Source: a virus. From it: a DNA stretch of 64,000 nucleotides. The translations under genes and the position numbers were made by a program. The stretch is from IMG/VR virus record IMGVR_UViG_3300028388_002189, positions 17,259-81,258 of that record, one strand, 5' to 3'. Under the pieces are notes generated by a model. The model saw only the letters and a list, made by a program, of their open reading frames with translations, ran no database searches and was not told the origin of the DNA. Of the stretch, positions 55,911-63,529 are shown one piece after another (within the stretch, counting starts at the first letter, position 1; every line of letters starts with the position of its first letter).

Positions 55911-56234
55911 ATGACAACTAAAGAAGCATTTCTCAGTGTAATGCATGACCACCCTATCTCAGACTTTTCAACAACTTTTTACCCAAACGGGGAACAAGAC
56001 TTGAGCAAAGAAACAGCAGATAACGATAAAGTAAACCACCCAAAACACTACAGACCAGGAACGTATGAGGCAATAAACGTCATAAACGCATGGGAACTAG
56101 GCTTTGCCCTAGGTAATGCACTCAAGTACATTTGTAGAGCAGGACGTAAAGATCCAAACACTCAAGTACAAGATCTTGAGAAAGCAATCTTCTACCTTAA
56201 GCATGAGATCAAAACCATCAAAGATCAAAAGTAG
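55911..56234 (+). CDS. DUF3310 / T7 gp1.7-like nucleotide kinase
   Basis: DKVNHPKHY, EAINVI, GFALGNALKYICRAGRK, DLEKAIFYL. Confidence 0.85.
   Translation: MTTKEAFLSVMHDHPISDFSTTFYPNGEQDLSKETADNDKVNHPKHYRPGTYEAINVINAWELGFALGNALKYICRAGRKDPNTQVQDLEKAIFYLKHEIKTIKDQK
55965..55976 (+). repeat. genome-wide motif, copy 11
   Basis: ACTTTTCAACAACT. Confidence 0.9.
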
Positions 56235-56560
56235 TCTTCGTAGATCCCGTATAAGTCATCTAACTGCTCCATAACCTCTTCAATGTGATCACCTACCACA
56301 TAAGGCGACCAATAACCGCCAAGGTCTAAACGAGCAAAGATATGATCACTGTCTACGCGCTTCACATTAGTCATAGGCAATAAGAAGTCTTCGTAAGCCT
56401 CTGCTGCTTCACTGATCAACTCAAGCTGTTCTTCATTGAGCTTTGCACCTGTCTTAGAAGGTAACTCTATACTCAAGTCTAGTTGCTTGTCTGTGAGTGC
56501 CATCTCACCACCTGCATGAGTGATAACCACACCTGCTGAATACTTCTTTTCAATCTTCAC
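56225..56560 (-). CDS. acidic hypothetical protein
   Basis: 111 aa, GTGA-coupled to the upstream small ORF. Confidence 0.6.
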   Translation of the reverse strand: MKIEKKYSAGVVITHAGGEMALTDKQLDLSIELPSKTGAKLNEEQLELISEAAEAYEDFLLPMTNVKRVDSDHIFARLDLGGYWSPYVVGDHIEEVMEQLDDLYGIYEDYF

Positions 56561-56712
56561 TTCTTGTATCCTTTTTTACCGTAACTTTTCTTACCTTTAC
56601 GGGACATCGATGCTCTTATCGCCGCGCCTTGCGCTTCTGCTTCTTTGCGCGTTTTATAGATCTTCCCACTCTTGCCCCAACGGTAACCACCTTTGACTTT
56701 GTACACAGGCAT
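56557..56712 (-). CDS. 51-aa basic phage protein, absent from the ORF track
   Basis: MPVYKVKGGYRWGKSGKIYKTRKEAEAQGAAIRASMSRKGKKSYGKKGYKK*; TAATG and GTGA coupling on both sides. Confidence 0.75.
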   Translation of the reverse strand: MPVYKVKGGYRWGKSGKIYKTRKEAEAQGAAIRASMSRKGKKSYGKKGYKK

Positions 56713-57038
56713 TATCGGTTATCCCCACTTCCACCTAGAACGCCACGCTTTGCGCGACTCTCTAGCTTTTCTACGTTCTTGTTAGCTACAAAGTCCAAAG
56801 ACAAGTTCAGTTCAAAACTGAGGTTAGCTATGTACCAGAGGACATCCCCTAGTTCTTTACCAATCTCTTCTCGATCGCTCTCAGTAAACTTACCGCCCTT
56901 GTCGCGAATGATCTTCTTAACCTTGTCAGCAACTTCTCCCGCTTCACCTGTTAAACCAAGCGCACAGTAAGCAATGCCTTGCTCTACAGGGTACATCGCT
57001 GTTTCTCTTGCCTTATGTTGGTAATCATTAATATCCAT
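56712..57038 (-). CDS. mazG: MazG-like NTP pyrophosphohydrolase
   Basis: LGLTGEAGEVADKVKK, KELGDVLWY, NVEKLESR. Confidence 0.92.
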   Translation of the reverse strand: MDINDYQHKARETAMYPVEQGIAYCALGLTGEAGEVADKVKKIIRDKGGKFTESDREEIGKELGDVLWYIANLSFELNLSLDFVANKNVEKLESRAKRGVLGGSGDNR

Positions 57039-57285
57039 TTGGTAAACCTTGTTTCATCTTTAGTTCGATAATGTCGATGCTTAACTCATTGATCTGTCTC
57101 TCAAGATCTTTTGCATGAACCTCTTCAGATTCTTCAATAAGAATAGGCAATCGCTTAATTACATTACGCTTAGACGGCATGGCAAGCGGTAAACAAGATT
57201 CTTGCCGTATGTATGACTGATATAAACAAGCGGCAAAAATCCAAACGATAACGAGAGCGAACCCTCTCCAAGATCTACTTAGCAT
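57028..57285 (-). CDS. membrane protein
   Basis: N-terminal TM + coiled coil. Confidence 0.55.
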   Translation of the reverse strand: MLSRSWRGFALVIVWIFAACLYQSYIRQESCLPLAMPSKRNVIKRLPILIEESEEVHAKDLERQINELSIDIIELKMKQGLPNGY

Positions 57286-57535
57286 TTTTAATATCCGTTA
57301 AGAGATCTTTCATAAAGTTTATGGTAGTTACCATGCTCTTAAGTGCTATTTGGTTCTCTTGAACACCCGCCAAGATCTTCTCTTGGCGAGTCTCTACTTT
57401 CTCTAGCCGAGCTTTATTTGAGTCAAGTTCACGCTTCAATAACGCAATATCGACTGACAAAGAGTTGATCCAGACCATAGACGGAATCAAACACACACTC
57501 AATACCTTAAAAACAAGATCTGTATTAACATTCAT
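57275..57535 (-). CDS. membrane protein with a coiled coil
   Basis: N-terminal TM, GAGG RBS. Confidence 0.6.
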   Translation of the reverse strand: MNVNTDLVFKVLSVCLIPSMVWINSLSVDIALLKRELDSNKARLEKVETRQEKILAGVQENQIALKSMVTTINFMKDLLTDIKNAK

Positions 57536-57681
57536 ATCCCACCTCGGTAACGGTCATATAGGGCTTTTAAGCATTATACACTATTACAACTCTCATACCA
57601 ACCTACTAAGTTTTGCTTGTAATATGTTTTGACCCATGATAGTGATGCATTATTCAACGTGTACGCACAAAGGAAACAAAA

Positions 57682-57870
57682 ATGACGACACCACCAAAGT
57701 GGACAGTTAGGCTCATCACGCCTAACTACCTCCAAGCTAAGAACGAAGTAGACCATTGGATCGCACAAGGGTACTCAACACATTACTCTCAAGCTAAGAA
57801 ACAGGTCATGATCAAGAAGACGGGTCCTGGACAAACACTCTTCACCGTAAGGACAAGGGTCAAGTCATGA
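57682..57870 (+). CDS. hypothetical protein
   Basis: AAGGA RBS, ATGA-coupled to the next gene. Confidence 0.65.
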   Translation: MTTPPKWTVRLITPNYLQAKNEVDHWIAQGYSTHYSQAKKQVMIKKTGPGQTLFTVRTRVKS

Positions 57871-58088
57871 AAGAAACAATCAACATCAAGTACGACCCAA
57901 AGAAAAATGCGTATGAGTGGGTAATCCTCTTCAATCCCGACTCTGAAGAGAAAGAAACAATCGCAGAGTTCGATTGCTTTTACGAAGCCACTCGCTTCAT
58001 GAACGACGAAGGATATTCCATTGTGTATCTCGATGACGATCGAAAGAACAAAGGACAGTTTTGGGGAGTCCGTAAGTGGAAAGCATAA
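57867..58088 (+). CDS. hypothetical protein
   Basis: coupled ORF. Confidence 0.65.
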   Translation: MKETINIKYDPKKNAYEWVILFNPDSEEKETIAEFDCFYEATRFMNDEGYSIVYLDDDRKNKGQFWGVRKWKA

Positions 58089-58468
58089 CCATTACACTAC
58101 TCGGTACGCCTGTACCCAAAGGTAGACCAAGGTTTGGTAACGGTCGAGCTTACACACCTAAGCGCACCAAAGACTATGAGAACGCACTAAAAGCACTCAT
58201 CAAAGAACAAAACATCACAGGTCCCATCGAAGTATCAATCAATGCAGTCTTCCCTAGACCACAGAGACTAAAGCCTAAGAAGTACCCCGACGGTCTCATC
58301 CTACATACAAAAAGACCAGACCTTGACAACATCATCAAAGCCGTCTTAGACGCACTCAATAAGACCTTACAAGACGATGCTCAAGTTTGCACAATACACG
58401 CTTACAAATATTACGCAGAACGCAGCGGTGACGCTCGTACTGAAGTCACCATAAAGGAAGCACTATGA
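58076..58468 (+). CDS. rusA: RusA family Holliday junction resolvase
   Basis: PVPKGRPR, YTPKRT, KRPDLDNIIKAVLDAL, DDAQV. Confidence 0.92.
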   Translation: MESITITLLGTPVPKGRPRFGNGRAYTPKRTKDYENALKALIKEQNITGPIEVSINAVFPRPQRLKPKKYPDGLILHTKRPDLDNIIKAVLDALNKTLQDDAQVCTIHAYKYYAERSGDARTEVTIKEAL

Positions 58469-58953
58469 ACATCACCAATATGTGTTGGGTTGTTATGCTC
58501 AACATCTTATCTCCCAACGCTTCAAAGTCATATCAACGCAAGATCGCACGATCCATCCCAAGTCGCATGGAAGTGTGTCGAGAAGTCGGCAAAGAAGCGA
58601 TTCGACAAAAGGTCAACCCTCGACTGGCAATCGCAGTCGCTTATGAAGAAACTCGTTTTGAAAACATTGACTCATTCAAAGGCGCAAAAGGACCTCTTGG
58701 GGTTATCCCTAAATACCACTGCCCCGCTAAAGGTAAGTGCAACTACACAAAAGCAGGTATACAGGCACTTAAGAAGTTCCTAGATCGAAACAACGGTAAA
58801 CTCTGCAAAAGCCTCGCTCAATACAATCGAGGACTCAACGGTAAATGCATACAGGGACGATCAGAATACTTATACGCACATAGAGTCATCGATATGTACA
58901 ACGAAGTGAAGTACTATAACCAAGAGAAGTGCTTCAGCACTCCAATAAAGTGA
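58465..58953 (+). CDS. SLT-like lytic transglycosylase
   Basis: PRLAIAVAYEETRF, GAKGPLGV, LAQYN, Y..RV; Cys-rich. Confidence 0.75.
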   Translation: MNITNMCWVVMLNILSPNASKSYQRKIARSIPSRMEVCREVGKEAIRQKVNPRLAIAVAYEETRFENIDSFKGAKGPLGVIPKYHCPAKGKCNYTKAGIQALKKFLDRNNGKLCKSLAQYNRGLNGKCIQGRSEYLYAHRVIDMYNEVKYYNQEKCFSTPIK

Positions 58954-58958
58954 AGTAA

Positions 58959-59031
58959 TATCAACCACTTACAAAAAAAGAATATTTTTCAAAGAAAGTT
59001 GTTGACGTGCGAAAGGTAGTAATGGTACCTC
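58959..59031 (+). promoter_or_regulatory. candidate early promoter with an upstream IHF-consensus site
   Basis: TATCAACCACTTA (58959-58971) matches WATCAANNNNTTR; TTGACG at 59002, TGnTACCTC at 59023-59031. Confidence 0.5.
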
Positions 59032-59078
59032 TTATACATCGCTAAGGCGAATCACTCACAACTCTAAGGAGAACACTC

Positions 59079-59393
59079 ATGGCAACGCTCTTCAATCACT
59101 TCCAGTCAGCACTTCACTCTTTCACAAAAGAAGTTCACGACCGTGTGATCAACAACGCCAAGTGCGTCATCGAAGACTCTGGCGCGTCAAAGAACGCTTT
59201 CTACATCAAAGCATACCGCGCTGACATCGAAGTCAAAGTCGAATGCTTCATCTTCCTCGTCTCTGAGAGACGTGTCAGCGTCTCCTTTACCGTCAACTGC
59301 CCCTTCACAGGTCAACACAAACACGAATGGACCTGTCTACCTGTTGACCTAGATGCTGAAAAACTCGCCGCTTCCATCAACTGCTACCTCTAA
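59079..59393 (+). CDS. hypothetical protein
   Basis: strong TAAGGAG RBS. Confidence 0.75.
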   Translation: MATLFNHFQSALHSFTKEVHDRVINNAKCVIEDSGASKNAFYIKAYRADIEVKVECFIFLVSERRVSVSFTVNCPFTGQHKHEWTCLPVDLDAEKLAASINCYL

Positions 59394-59643
59394 TACCTCT
59401 AAGGACTTTATTGTGAACCCGCCCTTCTACGTCGCCATCACCCTCAAAGACGATCCCGTCTTCATGACATTGCCCTTCATCGACGCTGACACGCTCACAC
59501 AAGCACAAGACAAAGCACTCTATTGGTTCAACGTTTACAACCGAAAACCGTCACACATCACCGCCCAAGACTTTAAGTTCAATCAAGAAGTCTTCACAGA
59601 CGATAAAAGATACTGTTTCGTTATCCAACAATACCCCTTCTAA
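59353..59643 (+). CDS. hypothetical protein
   Basis: ORF in the operon; TAAGGA before a likely GTG at 59413. Confidence 0.6.
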   Translation: MLKNSPLPSTATSNTSKDFIVNPPFYVAITLKDDPVFMTLPFIDADTLTQAQDKALYWFNVYNRKPSHITAQDFKFNQEVFTDDKRYCFVIQQYPF

Positions 59644-59654
59644 GGAATATACCT

Positions 59655-60050
59655 ATGTACTTCTCCATCAAAACACACGTCCAAGTCTCTTACGAAACCC
59701 TCGTAGACATCATGTCCGTCGCCTTCTTACAAGGTGCCTGTTCGTCATGGGCAACCATCTCGCCCTCTTCTACATACGCCGAAGCGTCAAACATCGACTG
59801 GTCAAACACAAACAAAAACGCCGTCGAAGACGCACTCGTTAACGTCTATCACCCCGAATGGGAAGTCGCCATCAATGACTTTCAAGGACGGTTCATCAAA
59901 GACGTTAACGTCACTGAAATCGTCTCCGCAATCCAAACCATCGCCCGCAAATATCCCGCTCACTTCCACATGATCAAGAACAATAACATCACCCCAGATA
60001 TCGCTGAAATGGTTCTACAATACACCATGTTCGGTGCCGTAAGATACTAA
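59655..60050 (+). CDS. hypothetical phage protein
   Basis: TAAGGA RBS; ends VLQYTMFGAVRY. Confidence 0.75.
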   Translation: MYFSIKTHVQVSYETLVDIMSVAFLQGACSSWATISPSSTYAEASNIDWSNTNKNAVEDALVNVYHPEWEVAINDFQGRFIKDVNVTEIVSAIQTIARKYPAHFHMIKNNNITPDIAEMVLQYTMFGAVRY

Positions 60051-60056
60051 CCACGC

Positions 60057-60068
60057 TTTTCAACAACT
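60057..60068 (+). repeat. genome-wide motif, copy 12 (between convergent genes)
   Basis: GCTTTTCAACAACT. Confidence 0.9.
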
Positions 60069-60393
60069 AAAGCGCGTTATACTCCCTCATATACTCTCGA
60101 CCATAGTCGGGATGACGCTCTCGCCATATCCGCATACGCGATAACTGTCGAGCTCGCATCTCAGCATCATGCAACGCACGCTCCTCAACCGACATCCCCA
60201 CAAGATTCGGCTTGCGATAACCACGCTGCGAAAATACCCCCCGACACCACACGTTCACCGTGTAATACCCATACGCTCGACCCGTTAACTCATTCACACA
60301 CCCTCGCACCGATAACTGGTCAACAATCTCTCTCACCGTTAAACCTCGACGCTTTAACACCACACTCAACGCCTCAACCTCAACACGGTTCAT
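60067..60393 (-). CDS. HTH-like DNA-binding protein
   Basis: RRGLTVREIVDQL..G...TGRAY; basic C-terminus. Confidence 0.55.
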   Translation of the reverse strand: MNRVEVEALSVVLKRRGLTVREIVDQLSVRGCVNELTGRAYGYYTVNVWCRGVFSQRGYRKPNLVGMSVEERALHDAEMRARQLSRMRIWRERHPDYGREYMREYNAL

Positions 60394-61272
60394 CTACCTC
60401 TCCCAACCATTAAACTCAATCACACGCTCCCAATCCACAATCCCCCACAAACTCTCCTTCAAACGACTCCTGGTCCTCACCCCATTCTGCGTGTTCCCCT
60501 CTATCGTCTGCACTCGATCTCCATCGTCCCACAACACAATCCCAATATGACCCCCACGAATCTTCGCCCCATCACCATCGTCTCCGTCTGAACCCGAACC
60601 ACTCCGAGGCATCACAAATAACTCACCAGGTAAACAATGACCTATCTCAGACTTACGCCTCAATCCACCCTCCACTCGATCTCCCCACTTCATCGTCTGG
60701 GTCACTCCGCCAAACCAATTCTCAAACGGAATCTCAGACCAACTCTCCGCCTCAAAATATTCCGCCATCCAACTCGATACCGAAATCGCACACCACGGCG
60801 GAAAAAACTTCATGTTCCCAATACCCCAATGACGCTTGTACTCACTAAACTCTATACTCTCCACCCCCGTAATCCGCGTGCCCTGCACCAAATGACTTAT
60901 CTCCTTGCCCTTGTTACGACCCCAAGGATTCTCCTCCTTACCCAAATCCCTAATCGCTACTTTGCACAAACCAATCCCGTCCTCACTCGCTCCCTCCACC
61001 GCCTCCAAACGCTCCCCTAACAAAATCGGCGTACGGCGCTTCACAAATACACCACCCTTGTTCAATCCCTTAGATTGCATCAAACAACCCCACGTCTGGT
61101 CTCCACATATACCGTCCACCTTCAAGTTCCACGCAAACTGAAAGTCCCGCAATACACGCTCCGTTATACGACCAAATATCCCGTCCTGCCCCAAATAATG
61201 ACCATGGCAGTTCAATCGCTCCTGCAATAACGCCACAAACGTTCCCTTGTCTCCTCGTCTCACTACAATCAT
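60394..61272 (-). CDS. endolysin: PG-binding domain + CHAP peptidase
   Basis: GDKG..V..LQ..L....DGIFG..T...FQ....VDGICG..TW; PWCA, GHIGIV, TIEGNT. Confidence 0.85.
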   Translation of the reverse strand: MIVVRRGDKGTFVALLQERLNCHGHYLGQDGIFGRITERVLRDFQFAWNLKVDGICGDQTWGCLMQSKGLNKGGVFVKRRTPILLGERLEAVEGASEDGIGLCKVAIRDLGKEENPWGRNKGKEISHLVQGTRITGVESIEFSEYKRHWGIGNMKFFPPWCAISVSSWMAEYFEAESWSEIPFENWFGGVTQTMKWGDRVEGGLRRKSEIGHCLPGELFVMPRSGSGSDGDDGDGAKIRGGHIGIVLWDDGDRVQTIEGNTQNGVRTRSRLKESLWGIVDWERVIEFNGWER

Positions 61273-61544
61273 CTCTCACCTCTTTCTCTTTCATTCATAC
61301 ACACACAGTAAACACAACACACACTCAAAACTCAACCCCCCACACACACCCTTTTAGGGACATAATAAACACAAATCTTGCAAAAGTGTAAAGGTTGGTT
61401 GCGTGATCGGTGGGGTGCGCCCCTTTGGGGTACTTGAACCTACCCACCGCCGAGGCCGACGCCGAGCGCACGCGCGAATCTGAGCACGATTCGGGCCGCT
61501 AGTCCCTCGCTTCGGTCTCGGCGAACGATTGATTCGGTCTCATG

Positions 61545-61570
61545 ACATACTGAACACACGTTCAGTATGT
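61545..61570. promoter_or_regulatory. 11-bp inverted repeat containing a Myxococcus-type LexA box
   Basis: ACATACTGAAC-ACAC-GTTCAGTATGT; the minus strand CTGAACGTGTGTTCAG fits CTRHAMRYBYGTTCAG. Confidence 0.6.
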
Positions 61571-61809
61571 GGCTAGCTCAGCACCCCATGAGCAACGGCG
61601 CGTCAAGGGCGACCTCTACCCCTTGCCAGTACCCCCTCATTTTTTTTTCAGCCAAAAAACTCAATGATTCCAGATACTTAGGGGACAAACCGCTCGGAGT
61701 TCTCACTTTTTTTGAGATACCCCTTGACTTGTTGAACGTCATTTGAGAGTGTACATACATAAGGCGATCAACCGGTCGCCCTTAACCCTCAACTCTTAGG
61801 AGTAAACAC

Positions 61810-61863
61810 ATGATCTTTCTAATCACTCTAACCGTCATCTCTATCTCGATCGTCTTCTTATGA
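61810..61863 (+). CDS. 17-aa hydrophobic peptide MIFLITLTVISISIVFL
   Basis: TAGGAG RBS, ATGA-coupled to the next ORF. Confidence 0.5.
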   Translation: MIFLITLTVISISIVFL

Positions 61864-61958
61864 TCGTCTTCACTATCAAGACTCTCATCCTCTTAATCAC
61901 TTATCACACATTAGGACTTAACGGCGTTATCATCGCAGTATACGCGCTATTCCTCTAA
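61860..61958 (+). CDS. 32-aa membrane peptide
   Basis: MIVFTIKTLILLITYHTLGLNGVIIAVYALFL. Confidence 0.5.
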   Translation: MIVFTIKTLILLITYHTLGLNGVIIAVYALFL

Positions 61959-61975
61959 ACCTCTTAGGAGACAAT

Positions 61976-62116
61976 ATGAAACTAACATACAGACAACACC
62001 GCAGACTACTAGAAACGCTTGAGCTTGCGCTAGGCTTCATCACGCTACTTTCAACCGTCGTCATCTTCTGCCTAACGGTGAAAGGGGCCTTATGGCTCTT
62101 AGGGGTAGCACCATGA
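61976..62116 (+). CDS. 46-aa single-TM protein
   Basis: TAGGAG RBS; MKLTYRQHRRLLETLELALGFITLLSTVVIFCLTVKGALWLLGVAP. Confidence 0.65.
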   Translation: MKLTYRQHRRLLETLELALGFITLLSTVVIFCLTVKGALWLLGVAP

Positions 62117-62262
62117 CTAAGACACACCTTGTACTTGCTCTGTTCACCGCTTGTTTCCTCTTCTTTGTCTTCATATATCAGTGGGTCACCTTCGGACTAG
62201 AGACCGCTGAACTGTTCATCCTAAACGCCTTCATCTTGCTCTTTGTAGCACTCATGTACTAA
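62113..62262 (+). CDS. 49-aa two-TM protein
   Basis: ATGA-coupled; MTKTHLVLALFTACFLFFVFIYQWVTFGLETAELFILNAFILLFVALMY. Confidence 0.6.
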   Translation: MTKTHLVLALFTACFLFFVFIYQWVTFGLETAELFILNAFILLFVALMY

Positions 62263-62274
62263 GGAACACACACG

Positions 62275-63006
62275 ATGATAATTAAACAACTAACAATCTT
62301 TGACGATCTAGCGCTTCTAGCGCGTTCTGCTGCTTTTGGGGATAGCCTCAGCAACCGCAAGACTAAACCATCTCACGCGGCCCTTAACGGGCTGAATTGG
62401 GTTGAATTCGTGATCCTACCGCTTGATCCTGTAGAAGCGGGGATAGGCGCGTTAACGAGGACTATGCTGCGTTGTTGCTCTATGTCTTGTCGCTTTCTAC
62501 CTAAAGCGATCAAGCCTGAGCTCTACAGGAGCTTTAAGGGTACTTGTAATCAAGCGCGCGCTGTCAATCATTGGACGGCTCAAATTGAGCGCTTAAAGGG
62601 TTCAACTCACCTCATGAGTCTTAACACTGAGCTTACACCAATTGAGAGTCGCTTGACTTCGTTTGGTGATATAGGGCGCCTTAATGATGAAGGACTAGAC
62701 CACATTCACCACATCATCAAAGCGTCATCTCGTCATCATGCTTACACGGCCTCATGGCGTGATAGTCGGTTATCTCGGTTCGGTGGACAAGTCCAGGCTT
62801 CCGTAGGTCTCTTAAGTGAAGCAATAGAGGCTTACGAACTCGGCTTTATGCCGTACGGACTAAGCAGAGAAGACAACCTCAAATTCAGACTCTTAACCGG
62901 TGTACCCGCTTATGCTTGCCCGTACACAACAGAGACCTCAAGGGGGTGCTCTACATGTGCCTTGTCTTGTGACGGTACCAGAGCCATAAGCCTATCTAAC
63001 CATTAA
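62275..63006 (+). CDS. Cys-rich phage protein (DUF7227/gp88-like, tentative)
   Basis: SNRKT, CCxxxC..C, RLTSFGD, AYTASW, QASV, CP...CSTCALSC. Confidence 0.55.
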   Translation: MIIKQLTIFDDLALLARSAAFGDSLSNRKTKPSHAALNGLNWVEFVILPLDPVEAGIGALTRTMLRCCSMSCRFLPKAIKPELYRSFKGTCNQARAVNHWTAQIERLKGSTHLMSLNTELTPIESRLTSFGDIGRLNDEGLDHIHHIIKASSRHHAYTASWRDSRLSRFGGQVQASVGLLSEAIEAYELGFMPYGLSREDNLKFRLLTGVPAYACPYTTETSRGCSTCALSCDGTRAISLSNH

Positions 63007-63036
63007 ATAGCTCACATGAGCCAATAAGGAAACACC

Positions 63037-63348
63037 ATGAATAGACCACTAACCAACAAAGACCTACATGAGTTCAATACAGATATGCTAACACTGGTTT
63101 TATGCTTCCTATACTTCAAGGTAAAACAGCATCAGTCAATTTTTGACTATAAGATGAGCGCGTACGTTGAAGTACAATCTAAGCTCAAGTTTGAACTGGT
63201 TACAAAGGATAATGAGGAGTTAATTCTGATAACGCATGAAAAGTGTGATCTCACACTTACAAAAGAAGACATAGAACAGGTAAAGAGAGAGCACGACTTA
63301 CACCTAGCGACACTTTACAGAGAGACCGATTATTTAGACTTCGTTTAA
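63037..63348 (+). CDS. hypothetical protein
   Basis: TAAGGA RBS. Confidence 0.7.
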   Translation: MNRPLTNKDLHEFNTDMLTLVLCFLYFKVKQHQSIFDYKMSAYVEVQSKLKFELVTKDNEELILITHEKCDLTLTKEDIEQVKREHDLHLATLYRETDYLDFV

Positions 63349-63352
63349 TAGC

Positions 63353-63381
63353 TCACATGAGCCATTAAATGGCTCATGTGA
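63353..63381. terminator. 13-bp hairpin after the last + strand gene
   Basis: TCACATGAGCCAT-TAA-ATGGCTCATGTGA; the left arm is duplicated near 63007-63024. Confidence 0.5.
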
Positions 63382-63382
63382 C

Positions 63383-63398
63383 CTATACACTTGTTCAG
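63383..63398 (+). promoter_or_regulatory. second Myxococcus-type LexA box
   Basis: CTATACACTTGTTCAG fits CTRHAMRYBYGTTCAG. Confidence 0.55.
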
Positions 63399-63455
63399 TA
63401 AAATCCGTTCAGTGCCAAGCCGCTTGCGAAGTCCCCTAAAAGCATCAACTACCTA

Positions 63456-63529
63456 TTTATTGTAAAATCGCCATACAAATTTTTTCCAAGCCTAAAACCC
63501 TTTATTGTAAAATCGCTCTACAAATTTTT
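63456..63529. repeat. 29-bp direct repeat x2, each with a TTGTA-N9-TACAA dyad
   Basis: TTTATTGTAAAATCGC(CA/TC)TACAAATTTTT at 63456 and 63501. Confidence 0.8.

Noticed and set aside
3946-60068. Dispersed TTTTCAACAACT copies as CRISPR repeats or a codon artefact
   Set aside because: Copies are kilobases apart, in both orientations, in four reading registers and in intergenic DNA
61400-61620. Possible tRNA or structured ncRNA in the GC-rich block
   Set aside because: No cloverleaf, T-loop or known RNA family motif recognisable by eye; a covariance-model search would be needed
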